Positions 49,682 to 61,135 of a DNA stretch of 64,000 bases are shown here, piece by piece. The notes beneath the pieces were generated by a model. It searched no databases and was not told the origin of the DNA. It worked only from the letters and a program-made list of their open reading frames with translations. Origin of the DNA: an uncultured bacterium (GTDB taxonomy: Bacteria > Actinomycetota > Thermoleophilia > Solirubrobacterales > 70-9); assembly GCA_963753385.1 (NCBI GenBank), contig CAVWCC010000013.1:13612-77611 (forward strand). Direction: 5' to 3'. The position numbers were made by a program, and so were the translations under genes. Position 1 is the stretch's first letter. Each line of letters begins with the position of its first letter.

Positions 49682-50345
49682 TCCCGCGGCAACCGTCGCC
49701 GAGCCGGCCGCTGGCTCCCGCCGCGCGCGCGGCCCCGAGACGCGCGAGGCAATTCACGCCGCCGCGATCGAGCTCTTTGCGAGGCTCGGGTACCACGCAA
49801 CGTCGATGCGCGCGATCGCCGCCGCGGCCGAGGTGCAGCCCGCTGCGATCTACCACTGGTACCCGTCGAAGGAGGCGATCCTGGTCCGCCTCCAGGACGA
49901 CTTCATGGACCGCCTGACGGAGAAGGTGGTCGCCGCCATGGAAGCCCACCCCTCGCCGGCGCTGAAGCTCGCGGCGTCCGTCCGCGAGCACGTGGTGTTC
50001 CACGGCCTCCACCGGCGCGAGGCGTTCGTCACCGACAGCGAGATCCGGGCGCTGACCGACGGGCCGCGCCAGGCCCTGATCGCCCAGCGCGATGAGTATC
50101 AGGCGACGTTCGTGGAGCTGATCCGCGACGGGATCCGGGACGGGTCGCTGCGCGCGTCCGACGCCCGGGTCGCCGCCTACGCGATCCTGCTCCAGTGCAC
50201 GGGCGTCGCGCTCTGGTTCGACCCCGAGGGCCCGCTGCCGCTGGACGAGGTCGCGGAGCTGCACGTCGAGTTGGTGCTCGGCTCGCTGGGGGCGTCCGCC
50301 GAGCTGATCGGCGAGGCGATCGCGGGGGTGCGCGATGACCGTTGA
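49674..50345 (+). CDS. TetR/AcrR family transcriptional regulator
   Basis: TREAIHAAAIELFARLGYHATSMRAIAAAAEVQPAAIYHWYPSKEAI. TTG at 49674 is the only start near the kce stop; the ATG at 49539 would overlap kce by 143 nt. Confidence 0.8.
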   Translation: MADPAATVAEPAAGSRRARGPETREAIHAAAIELFARLGYHATSMRAIAAAAEVQPAAIYHWYPSKEAILVRLQDDFMDRLTEKVVAAMEAHPSPALKLAASVREHVVFHGLHRREAFVTDSEIRALTDGPRQALIAQRDEYQATFVELIRDGIRDGSLRASDARVAAYAILLQCTGVALWFDPEGPLPLDEVAELHVELVLGSLGASAELIGEAIAGVRDDR

Positions 50346-51330
50346 GCGCGTGAGGCCGCCGGCCCTGCCCAAGAACGCGACCATCGCGGTCATCGCGGCG
50401 TCGAGCCCGCCTCAGACCCGCTCCGAGATCGAGCAGGCGACCGAGTACTTCGAGTCGCGCGGGCATACGGTGGTCTTCGGGCCGAACCACCGCAAGGTGC
50501 ACGGCTACCTGGCCGGCACCGACGAGGAGCGCGCCGCCGATCTGCAATGGGCGCTCTCGGAGCCCGGCATCGACATGGTGCACGCGCTGATGCGGCGGCT
50601 ATGGGGTGGCGCGCCTTCACGACCGGATCGATTGGGGCGCGATCGGCGACCCGCGGATCGTGTGCGGCTTCAGTGACATCACAGCGCTGCACCTGGCGCT
50701 CGCCGCGCACGCCGGCTGGGTCACGTTCTACGGCCCCAACTTCCTTCGGTTCACCCGCAAGCGGAAGGAACTTATGAAGGAGACCGAGGATTGGTTCCAC
50801 AGGGCGTTCCAACCGAAGCCGCTCGGCGCGTGTGTTCGAGGACCCCGAGGACCCCTACGTGCTGACCGTCGGGGAGGGGACGGCCGAGGCGCCGCTCGCG
50901 GGCGGCTGCCTGACGCTTCTCTGCTCGAGCATCGGCACCCCGTATGAGGTTCGGACCGACGGATGCATGGTGATGGTGGAGGACCTGATCACCGAGACCT
51001 ATCTGGTGGATACGGCCCTCAACCATCTGATCCGTGCGGGCAAGCTGGCCAAGACGGCTGGGTTCGTGTTCGGGACGAACGTGGACCTGAAGCCTCTGAC
51101 GATGCCCGAGGCAGCCGAGTCGATGTTGTCGGTGGAGGAGATCCTGGACGAGCTGATCGCGCCGCTCGGGCGTCCCCGCGATCGCGAACGTCCCGATCGG
51201 ACACGGAAGACAGATGGCGACGATGCCGCTCGGGGCCAAGGTGCGCATCGACGGCGACCGGAAAGACGCTCGAGGTGATCGAGGCCGCCGTCGAGCCCGA
51301 AGCGAGGAAACAGGAGGAGGAGGAGAATGA
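50335..51330 (+). pseudogene. LD-carboxypeptidase (peptidase S66, LdcA/MccF-like), at least 4 frameshifts
   Basis: The protein is pieced from ORFs 50335..50676, 50606..50947 and 50832..51278 plus two further frames. Pieces read IAVIAASSP...GYLAGTDEERAADL / DWGAIGDPRIVCGFSDITALH / VFEDPEDPYVLTVGEG...GGCLTLL / VPAIANVPIGHG / MATMPLGAKVRIDG. Confidence 0.8.
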
Positions 51331-53155
51331 GCGCAATGGACGGATTGGAAGACGCTGGCGGCGACGGCGATGCTGGCGGCGGCGGTCTCGCTCGGACTCG
51401 AGGCCTCGCGCGGCTCCGCCCAGGACTCCGCGTCCGGGACGGCGACAAGGGCGTGCTGCGCATCGGCTGGGCGCAGGACCCGAAGAACCTGAACCCCTTC
51501 GTCGGCGTCAACGAGGAGGAGTACACGATCTGGGCGATCAACTGGGAGCCTTTCAACTGTTCGACACCGAGGATCTGTCGCCCGCCCCGGGGATCGCCGA
51601 GAGCTGGGAGGTCTCGGAGGACCGGAAGACGATCACATTCAACCTGTCAGAATGCGATTTGGTCCGACGGCGAGCCGATCACCTCCGAGGACGTCAAGTG
51701 GTCGCTCGAGGTGCTGGGCGAGAACGGGATTCTGTTCACCGGGTACACCAGCAGCGTCGAGTCGATCAAGACTCCGGACGACGAGACGGTCGTGTTGGAG
51801 ATGAAGCGCCCGGACACCCGCGTCATCGGCGGCCTCTACATCTTCATCCTCCCCGAGCACATCTGGGGGAAGGTGCCGGTCGAGGAGCTGAGCGGCTGCC
51901 TACCAGCCCGAGATCCCGATGGTCGGGAGCGGGCCCTATATCGTCACCGAGTTCGAACGCTGCCGGATCACCCGGATGGAGGTGAACCCGGAGTGGCGCG
52001 GCGAGGCGCCCGGCTTCGAGGAGCTCCAGTTCATCAGCTACGGGAGCCAGGACGCCGTCGAGCGGGCCTTGACGCTCGGAGAGATCGACTTCACCTCGAG
52101 GTCGAGCCGGCGACGTTCGAGCGGCTGGGCGACCAGCAGGGGATCGAGACCATCATGCGCCCGCCTTCGTTCACCGAGCTCTCCTTCAACCTGTGCTCGG
52201 AGGAGGACTGCCCGGACGCGAAGTTCAATCCCGCCGTGCAGGACAAGACGATCCGCCAGGCGGTCGCCTACGGCATCGACCGGGAGCGGATCAACGCGAT
52301 CGCCACACAGAACACGGCGTTCGTCGCCCACGGGATGCTGCCCTCGTTCTACAAGGACTTTTACGAGGTCCCCGAGCTGGACTACCCGTATGACGCCGGA
52401 GATGGCGAACCAGATCCTCGACGACGCGGGCTGGGAGCTGAACGGGGACGGCATCCGTGAGAAGGACGGGACAGGTGGCCTCCTTCGACCTCTACGCGCG
52501 CTCGGAGTCGCAGCTTACACCTCAGATGGCGAAGCTGATCGCCGAGCAGGCGCAGAGATCGGGATCGAGTTCAACGTCCAGATCGTGAGCACCGACAAGC
52601 TCACCGAGCTGACGATCCGCAAGGAGGACGGTAAGCCGGCGCCGGAGTTCGACACGTTCATCTGGGGCTGGGGCGGGGACCCCTACGACCCGAGCGCGCT
52701 GTCGGGCCTGTACGACGCGATCAGATCGGCTCGTCGTCGGACTCGTTCTACTCGAACCCCGAGTACGACCGGCTGTTCGAGGAGCAGCTCGCTGGCGGCG
52801 ACGACCAGAAGGACGAGCGCCGGGAACTGATCACGGAGATGGTCGCGACCTCCAGGAGGATCTGCCGTACATCGTCCTCACGGAGGATCCGAACCTGCAG
52901 GCCTACCGTTCGGACCAGATCGCCGGAGTCGAGCCGGTATGCCCGGCCGACGACACCGGCGACATCATCTGCGAGGCGGTCTCCTACGAGGGCATCCTCG
53001 GCCTGGAGCCTGCCGCCGGCGCGGACGATGACGACGGCGGGGGCGGCGGCGCGGTGATCGCGATTATCGCCGCGGGTGTGGTGATCGGCGCCGGCGTCCT
53101 GCTGCTGCGCTCGCGCCGCCGCCGCGACGCCGAGCCGATGGAGCTTGAGGAGTAA
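51327..53155 (+). pseudogene. Peptide/nickel ABC substrate-binding protein (family 5), copy 1, many frameshifts, C-terminal TM anchor
   Basis: VLRIGWAQDPKNLNPFVG / DLSPAPGIAESWEVSEDRKTITFNL / WSDGEPITSEDVKWSLE / MVGSGPYIVTEFER... lie in alternating frames. Tail reads VIAIIAAGVVIGAGVLLLRSRRRRDAEPMELEE. Confidence 0.8.
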
Positions 53156-53184
53156 CCGGTCGTGAAAGACAACGAGAGAGGAAC

Positions 53185-55013
53185 GTGATGAGGTCGAAGA
53201 GCAGATGGATCCGCGCGGGGATGCTCGCGTTCACGGTGGCGCTGGTCAGCGCCGTGGCCGCGCTGCCGGCCGGCGCGCAGGACGACGCGGCCACCGAGAG
53301 CGACGTGCTTCGTATCGGCTGGGGCCAGGATCCGCAGACGCTGAACCCGTTCGTCGGCCTCGACGAGGAGGACTTCACGGTCTGGGGGCTCACCTGGGAC
53401 CTGCTGGTCAACTTCAGCCCCGAGGACCTGTCGCCCACCGCCGGCATCGCCGAGAGCTGGGAGGTGTCCGATGACCAGAAGACCGTGACCTTCACGCTCG
53501 ACCCGGACCGGACGTGGTCGGACGGCGAGCCGGTCACGTCGGCCGACGTCAAGTGGTCGCTCGAGACGCTCGGCTCGGAGGGTGACCTGTTCACGAGCTA
53601 CACGACGAACGTCACCTCGATCGAGACCCCGGACGACCAGACCGTCGTGATCAACACCAAGGTGCCCGACGCGCGGATCGTCGGCGGCCTCTTCATCTAC
53701 ATCCTCCCGCAGCACATCTGGGGCGAGGTCCCGCTGGAGGAGGTGACCACCACGTACAAGCCAGAGATCCCGATGGTGGGCTCCGGCCCGTACATCGTCA
53801 CCGAGTTCGAGCGCGGGCGGATCCTGCGCATGGAGGTGAATCCGGAGTGGACGGGTGAGGAGCCCGCCTACGAGGAGATCCAGTTCATCAAGTACGGCAC
53901 GGAGGACGCGGTGGAGCGAGCCCTGCAGCTGGGCGAGATCGACATCGTCGCCGAGGTCCAGCCCGCCACCTTCGACCGGCTCGGTGAGCAGGCGGACATC
54001 GACACGTTCCGGGGCGCGTCGCCCTCGCTACACGGAGCTCGCGTTCAACCTCTGCTCCGAGGAGAACTGCCCGGACGCCGAGTTCAACCCGGCGGTACAG
54101 GACAAGACCGTCCGCCAGGCGATCGCGTATTCGCTCGACCTCCAGCGAATCACCGACATCTCGTCGCTCGGGCACATCGTTCGCCGGCGACACGGGATCC
54201 TGCCCTCGTTCTACAGGTCGTTCTACGAGGTGCCGGAGCAGCTCTACCCGCAGGACGTCGAGCTTGCGAACCAGATGCTGGACGACGCCGGCTGGGAGCA
54301 GAGCGGCGACGGGCCGCGCTCGAAGGACGGGAGTCGAGCTGTCGTTCGACCTGTACGTCCGGTCCGAGTCCCAGTCGGACATCCAGGCGGCGAAGCTGGT
54401 CGCCGAGCAGGCCGCCGAGATCGGCGTCGAGTTCAACGTCCAGGTCGTGAGCACCGGCAAGCTCACCGAGCTGACGGTCCAGAAGGTGGACGGCAAGCCG
54501 GCCCCGGCGTTCGACACGTTCATCTGGGGCTGGGGCGGGGACCCGTACGACCCCAGCTTCCTGCTCAGCCTGTTCACGACCGCCGAGATCGGCGCTTCCT
54601 CGGACGCGTTCTACTCCAACCCGGAGTACGACCGGCTGTTCGAGGAGCAGGCCAGCGAGTTCGACACCGAGGCGCGGAAGGAGCTGGTCCAGGAGATGGT
54701 CGCGATCACCCAGGAGGACCTGCCGTACATCGTCCTCACCGAGGACCCGAACCTCCAGGCGATACCGGACCGACCTGCTCGCTGATGTCGAGCCGGTGTG
54801 TCCCGCCGGGAGACGGGGACCTGTTCTGCCAGCAGGTGTCCTACGAGCCGCTGGTGGCCTGGCGCCGGGGTCCGGGAGCTCCGAGCGGACGAGCCGCCGG
54901 CGCTGCCCGGCGGCGTGATGGCGATCGGTGCTTTGGTGATCGGCGATCGCGTTTTCCTGTTCGGCCGAGAGCGGGGGCGGCGGAAGCGAGAGCCCCTGGA
55001 GCTGGAGGCGTAG
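53185..55013 (+). pseudogene. Peptide/nickel ABC substrate-binding protein (family 5), copy 2 (tandem paralog), several frameshifts, C-terminal TM anchor
   Basis: ORF 53185..54450 is good up to ~54020. It then continues in the frames of ORFs 53855, 54264 and 54798. Tail reads GVMAIGALVIG...RRKREPLELEA. Confidence 0.8.
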
Positions 55014-55038
55014 GCCTCGGGAGCGAGGAGAGCGCGGA

Positions 55039-56003
55039 ATGAGCGCCCGTTGGCTGGCGGCAAGGTCGCGGCGGCGCTGGTGACGCTGGTCTTCGTCCTC
55101 GTCTTCAACTTCTTCCTGTTCCGGGTGGTGGGGGACCCCACCGCGCAACTGGCGCGCCTGCCGCAGACCACCGAGGAGATCGCGGAGCTGCGCGCCGAGT
55201 ACGGGCTCGACAAGCCGCTGATCGGCCAGTTCGCCGACTACGTCGGCGACACGCTGACGGTTCGACCTCGGCATCAGCCAGCGCTCGCGTGAGCCCGTTT
55301 GGGACGAGATCAAGGCGCGATCCCGTGGACGCTGCTGTTGGTCGGGACCGGGACGCTGATCGCGACGCTGATCGGGAGCTGGATGGGGGTGAAGGCCGCG
55401 ACTCAACGCGGCAAGAGAACCGACGACAGCCTGCTCAGCTTCAGCCTGTTCACGTACTCGGCGCCCGAGTACTGGATCGGGATCATCCTGATCCTGGTCT
55501 TCGCCGTCGGGATCCCGATCCTGCCCGGCAGGGCAGCAGGTGACCCCGGGGGTGGAGTTCTCGAGCTGGTTCGCCGAGGCGCTGGACGTGCGGAGCACCT
55601 CATCCTGCCCGTGACGGCGATGACCCTCATGCTGCTGGGCCAGTACTTCCTGATCATGCGCTCGTCGATGGTCGACGTCCTCACCGAGGACTTCATCACG
55701 GTCAAGCGGGCCACCGGCCTGCCTTGGCACCGGGTCGTCCGCAACCATGCCGTGCCGAACGCGCTGCTGCCCCTGGTGACCCTGTCTGCGATCCAGTTCG
55801 GGGTCGTGGCGGGCGGCGCGATCACGATCGAGACGCTCTTCTCGTGGCCCGGCCTCGGCGAGCTGAGCTTCAACGCCATCACCGACAAGGACTTCCCGAT
55901 GCTGCAGGGGACGTTCCTGGTCTTCTCGGTCGGCGTGATCTTCGCCAACCTGCTGGCGGACTGCCTCTACTTCTTCCTCGACCCGAGGGTGCAGGCGAAG
56001 TGA
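55039..56003 (+). pseudogene. Peptide ABC permease (DppB/OppB-like), several frameshifts
   Basis: LVTLVFVLVFNFFLFRVVGDP / FDLGISQRSREPVW / PWTLLLVGTGTLIATLIG... lie in different frames. A compensating pair of indels lies around 55535-55600. Confidence 0.8.
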
Positions 56004-56875
56004 CCGGCGCCATCGAGGCCGGCGGCAGGCGAGCCGATCGCGGGCGAAAGAGCTCGACCTCTTCGGCACTGGCAGGGCCGGTTCGGGGTCGCCGTCCTCG
56101 CTCTGTTCATCTTCATGGCCATCTTCGGCAGCGCTGATCGCGCCCGACGACCCCGATGCCTCGAGCCTGGACATGCTCGCCGCGCCCAGCTCGGATCACT
56201 CTCGGCACCACCGAGAGCGGCGCGGACGTACTCTCGCAGCTCCTGGTCGGCGCGCGTGTTTCGATCGTCGTCGGATTCGCGGCCGCGCTCATCTCGGCCG
56301 TCATCGGCGCGGCCGTCGGGCTCGCGAGCGGCTACTTCGGCGGCTGGACGGACCGGATCCTGGACGGGCTCGAGAACTGGTTCCTGGTGATTCCGACCCT
56401 GCCGTTGATGATCGTGCTCTCGAGCCTGCTCGACCCCTCGCTCGGCGTCCTGATCCTGGTCATCGGGCTCACCTCGTGGGCGGGCACGGGACGGATCGTC
56501 CGCGCGCAGGTGCTGACCCTGCGCGAGCGGGCCTTCGTCGAGCGGGCCCGCGCGCTCGGGGCGAGCCACTGCTACATCATCCGAACGCACATTTTTCCCA
56601 ACACGCTGCCGCTGATCTTCGCCAACACGGTGCTGATCGTCGCGGTTGCAATCCTCTCGGAATCGGCGCTCGCGTTCCTCGGGCTCGGCGATCCGACCCG
56701 GATCTCATGGGGCACGATGCTCGAGAACGCGTTCAACGCAGGTGCGCCCAGCGCCGAGGCGTGGTGGTACGTGATCCCGCCGGGGCTCTGCATCACATTC
56801 CTGGTGCTGTCGGTAGCCATGCTCGGCTACCTGTTCGAGGAGTACGTGAACCCGCGACTGCGGGAGGAGAGGTGA
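56000..56875 (+). pseudogene. Peptide ABC permease (DppC/OppC-like), frameshifts in the 5' third
   Basis: GTGA junction with the upstream gene. ORF 56156..56875 carries LGTTESGADVLSQLLVGARVSIVVG...; the N-terminal TM segment lies in other frames. Confidence 0.8.
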
Positions 56876-57893
56876 GCCCCTCCTAGAGGTCAGGGACCTC
56901 CAAGTCGCACGCACGGCGGCACGCCGATCGTCGACGGCGTCGACTTCGAGCTCCAGCACGGCGAGGCCCTGGGGCTGGCCGGCGAGTCGGGATGCGGGAA
57001 GACGACGACGGCGCTGGCGCTGATGAAGCTGCTGCCGCCGGCGCTCGAGCAGGCGGGCACGATGACGCTGAACCTGAAGGGGCGGACGAGCCGATCAACA
57101 TCGGGCGGCGCACCGAGGCGGGGATGCGCTACGTGCGCTGGCGCCACATCTCGCTGGTCTTCCAGGGGGCGATGAACGCGCTCGACCCCGTGCAGCGGGT
57201 CGACGATCAGTTCGCCGAGGCGATCAGCCTGCACTCGCCGTCGGCGAGCCGAGCGAGGTGAGCGGGCAATCGCGGGAGCTGCTGGCGACGGTGGGGCTGA
57301 CCGCAGAAGCTCGGGCGGCGCTACGCGCACCAGCTCTCGGGCGGCCAGCGCCAGCGGGTGATGATCGCGCTGGCGCTCGCGTGCAATCCCTCGCTGGTGA
57401 TCGCCGACGAGCCGACCACCGCCCTCGACGTCGTCATGCAGGCGCAGGTGCTGCAGCTGCTCGAGCAGCTTCGCGAGCGGCTCGGCCTGGCGTTGATCCT
57501 GATCTCGCACGACCTCGGGGTCCTCGCCGAGACCTGCGACCGGATCGCGGTCATGTACGCCGGGCGGATCGTCGAGATCGGGCCGGTCGCGATCGGTGTT
57601 CTCCGACCCTCAGCACCCTTACACGAAGCGCCTGCTCGAGACGGTGCCGTCGATCGGCGGCAGCCGCGGGCTCGGCGATCCGATCCCCGGGCGGACCGCC
57701 CGACCCCGGCGAGCCGCCCGCGGGCTGCCGGTTCCAGACCTCGCTGCCCTTACGCGGAGGATCGCTGCCAGGCCGAGGATCCGGCGCTGCACGAGGTCGG
57801 CGCCGCACACGCCGCTGCCTGCCACTTCGCGCCCTGGGGCGAGTGGCCCGAGGAGGGCATCTCGCAGGCCTGGAGGCGGGGGCGACCGGATGA
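56872..57893 (+). pseudogene. Peptide ABC ATPase (DppD/OppD-like), several frameshifts
   Basis: [54 protein letters not shown] and ISHDLGVL are found in three different frames. Confidence 0.8.
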
Positions 57894-58880
57894 GCGCGCC
57901 GCCGCTGATGGAGGTGCGCGACCTCTGCGTGGAGTTCCGCGTCGAGCGGCGGACGCGCGCGCGCCGTCGACGGGGTCTCGCTGGAGTGGCGCAAGGGCGA
58001 GGTCCTGGGGGTCGTCGGCGAGTCCGGCTGCGGTAAGTCGACGCTGGCCCGGGCGATGCTCGGCCTCGTCGAGCCGGCCGCGGGCGAGGTCGCGCTCGAC
58101 GGGAAGCCGCGTCGAACGGCAAGGCCGGCCATGCCGAGCTCCGCAGGCGGCTGCAGATGATCTTCCAGGACCCTTACCAGACGCTGAACCCGCGCCAGCG
58201 CGTGCGGACGATCGTCGCCGAGCCGCTCGTCGTTCAGGGGGTGGCCAAATCCGAGCACGAGGCGCAAGGTCAAGCAGGCGCTCGAGGACGTCGGGCTCGA
58301 CCCCGAGCGCTTCGCCGAGCGCTACCCGCACCAGCTCTCCGGCGGGCAGCGCCAGCGGGTCGCGATCGCCGCGGCGCTGGTGCTCGAGCCGGACGGCCTG
58401 ATCTGCGACGAGCCGGTCTCGATGCTGGACGCCTCGGTCCAGGCGCAGATCCTGCGGGTCCTGCTGGACCTCCAGAAGCAGCGCGAGCTGGCGCTGCTCT
58501 TCATCACCCACGACCTCAGCCTGGCCTGGTCGCTATGCGACCGGATCGCGGTGATGTACCTCGGCCGGGTCGTCGAGCAGGGGAGCGCGACGGACGTGAT
58601 CGAGCGCCCGCAGCACCCCTACACCCAGGCGCTCGTGACCGCGGTGCCGATCGCCACGCCGGGTGGGCGGCGGCGAGCGCGAGCTCCTCAGCGGCGAGCT
58701 GCCCGACGCGACCGACGTGCCGACGGGGTGCCGCTTCCATCCGCGCTGCCCGAAGCGCTTCGAGCCCTGCGACATGGTCGATCCGGAGCTGATGCCGGCC
58801 GGCGGGCGCGACCAGCTCGCCGCCTGCCTGCTGCACGATCCGGCGGCGGGCGCCAAGGCCCGACGACGCGTGAGCGCTGA
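57890..58880 (+). pseudogene. Peptide ABC ATPase (DppF/OppF-like), several frameshifts
   Basis: [10 protein letters not shown]..., [67 protein letters not shown] and HPYTQALV are spread over three frames. Confidence 0.8.
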
Positions 58881-58888
58881 GCGCTGGC

Positions 58889-59825
58889 GTGACATCGCGG
58901 GGCCGGTCGGCCGGCTGGAGACCGGGCGCGCGGAACGCGATCACCGACGTTCCCGGTGTCCGCGTGGGCCACTCCCAGGCGGAGAGCGGGCAGCGCACCG
59001 GGGTGACGGTGGTGGCGCCGCCCGAGCTGCCGACCCCCGCCGGCGTCGCGGTCGTGAACGGAACCGGCGAGTTGAGCGCGAAGCTCGAGATCGACGAGGT
59101 GGGCTTCATGGAGACGGCGGTCCACCTCTGCGGGACGCATGCGCGTCGGGACCGTGTACCAGGCGGTGATCACGGCGTCCGGCCGCGGCCCCCAGGACGT
59201 CGTCATGCCCGTGGTGGGCGAATGCGACGACGGCGACCTCGCCGACTCGCGCACGATCGCGCTCGCCGACGTCGAGAACGCGGTCGCGGCCCTCGGGGCC
59301 GAGGTGGCCGAGGGCAGCGTCGGCGCCGGCACCGGTATGCAGTGCTTCGACTTCCCGGGCGGGATCGGGACGGCGTCGCGGGCGGTGTCCGGCCACCACG
59401 TGGGCGTCCTGTTGCTCTGCAACTTCGGGGACCGCGAATACCTCGACCTGCTCGGCACCACCCTCGAGCCCGCTCCGCGACCAACCGCCGCCGACGGCTC
59501 GTGCATCGCGGTCTGCGCCAGCGACGCGGCGCTCTCAGCCCAGCAGCTCCGGCGCCTCGCCCTGCGCCCACTGCTCGGCCTCGCCCGCGCCGGCTCTTAC
59601 GCCTCGCACTGGTCGGGCGAGATCGGCCTCGCCTTCTCGACGACGGACCGAGGCGGGGTGCCGAACTCCGAGCTAAGCGGCTACTTCGCCGCCGCCTACG
59701 AGGCGTCGCACGAGGCCGTGCTCAACTGCCTCGTCGCCGCGAAGCCCGCCGAGCGGCTCGACGGGACGATGCAGGACGCCTTCCCGGTCGAGCTCGCCCG
59801 CCGGCTCGCCGCCGAGCGCGGATGA
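58889..59825 (+). pseudogene. DmpA/BapA-type (peptidase S58) L-aminopeptidase / beta-aminopeptidase family, one or more frameshifts near 59135
   Basis: RNAITDVPGVRVGHSQ...TGVTVV...VNGTGE is in the frame of ORF 58889. VGTVYQAVI...GAGTGMQCFDFPGGIGTASR... is in ORF 59139..59825. Confidence 0.75.
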
Positions 59826-61133
59826 GCGATTCCCGGCTCCGCGAGGAGGTCGTAGGCCTCGCGCAGGAGCTGATCCGGATCGACACGTCGAACCCGCCGG
59901 GCAACGAGACGCCGGCCGCCGAGCTGGTCGCGGAGTACCTGCGCGGCGCGGGCGCCGACGTCGAGCTCCTTGGCCCGGACCCATCTCGCCTCAACCTGGT
60001 GGCGCGCGTACGCGGCCGCGGCGAGGGACCGTCCGTGATGTTGCTGGCCCACACCGACGTGGTCCCGGCGCCGAGTGCGGGGTGGACCGTGGGTCCGTTC
60101 GACGGGACGGTGCGCGACGGCCTGCTGGTCGGCCGCGGCGCTGCCGACATGAAGGGCGAGCTGGCCGCGCGGACCGTCGCGCTGGCCGCGTTCGCGCGCT
60201 CCGGCGAGCGCCCAGCCGGCGACCTCGTGCTGGTTGCCGAGGCGGACGAGGAACGCAACACGGCCGATGTTGGACTCTCCTGGCTGGTCCGCGAGCGCCC
60301 GGACCTGCGCTGCGACTACGCCCTGAACGAAGGCGGCGGAGTCCTGCTCGAGCTCGCCGACGGCCGCCGGGTCGTGACCATGGCGGTGGGGGAGAAGCAG
60401 GTCACCTCGTTGCGCCTGCGCGTGCACGGGACCGCCGGCCACGCTTCGGTTCCGGCCGCCGCCGACAACCCGCTCCGCCACGCCGCGGCGGCCGTTGAGC
60501 GCCTGCTCGCCGCCGAGGCCCCGATGCAGATGACGCCGGTGGTCATCCGCGCGCTTGAGGCACTCGGGGTACCCGACGACGTCCCCGACGCTGAGCGCCT
60601 GCGCTGGGCACAGGACCTGCACCCGATCCTCGCCGACCTCCTGCCGCCGATCACCCGGCTGACGGTCACCCCGACCGGCCTCGCGACGCACGAGCCGGCG
60701 AACGTGATCCCGCCGTACGCCGACGTGATCTGCGACTGCCGCGCGCTCCCCGGCCAGTCCGAGGCCGACATCACACGACCACATCGACGCGGCGCTCGGC
60801 GCCGGGTTCGAGTACGAGATCGAGCTGCTCGAGCCGCTCGCGGGCGGCAGCGACTCGCCGATCGACACGCCGCTCTACCGAGTGTGCGCCGAGTACGTCG
60901 CAGGCCGGTTCCCCGGCGCCGGGCTCCTGCCGCTCGTGACCCCGGGGTTCACGGACTCCCACTGGGTCCGGGAGGCGTTCGGCACGGTTGCGTACGGTTT
61001 CGCTCCCGTGTTCGCCACCGACCTCGACACTTACCTCGACGGCGTGCACGGAGCCGACGAGTCCATCGACCTCGCGGACCTGGTCGAGATGGCGGAGTTC
61101 AACCTGCATGCGCTCCGGGCGCTGGCCGGCTAG
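59822..61133 (+). pseudogene. M20-family metallopeptidase (dipeptidase/deacylase), one frameshift near 60775
   Basis: LIRIDTSNPPGNE...LLAHTDVVP...GRGAADMKG...EADEE...NEGGG comes first, then after the shift HIDAALGAGFEYEIELL...TDSHW (ORF 60882..61133). Confidence 0.8.
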
Positions 61134-61135
61134 CG

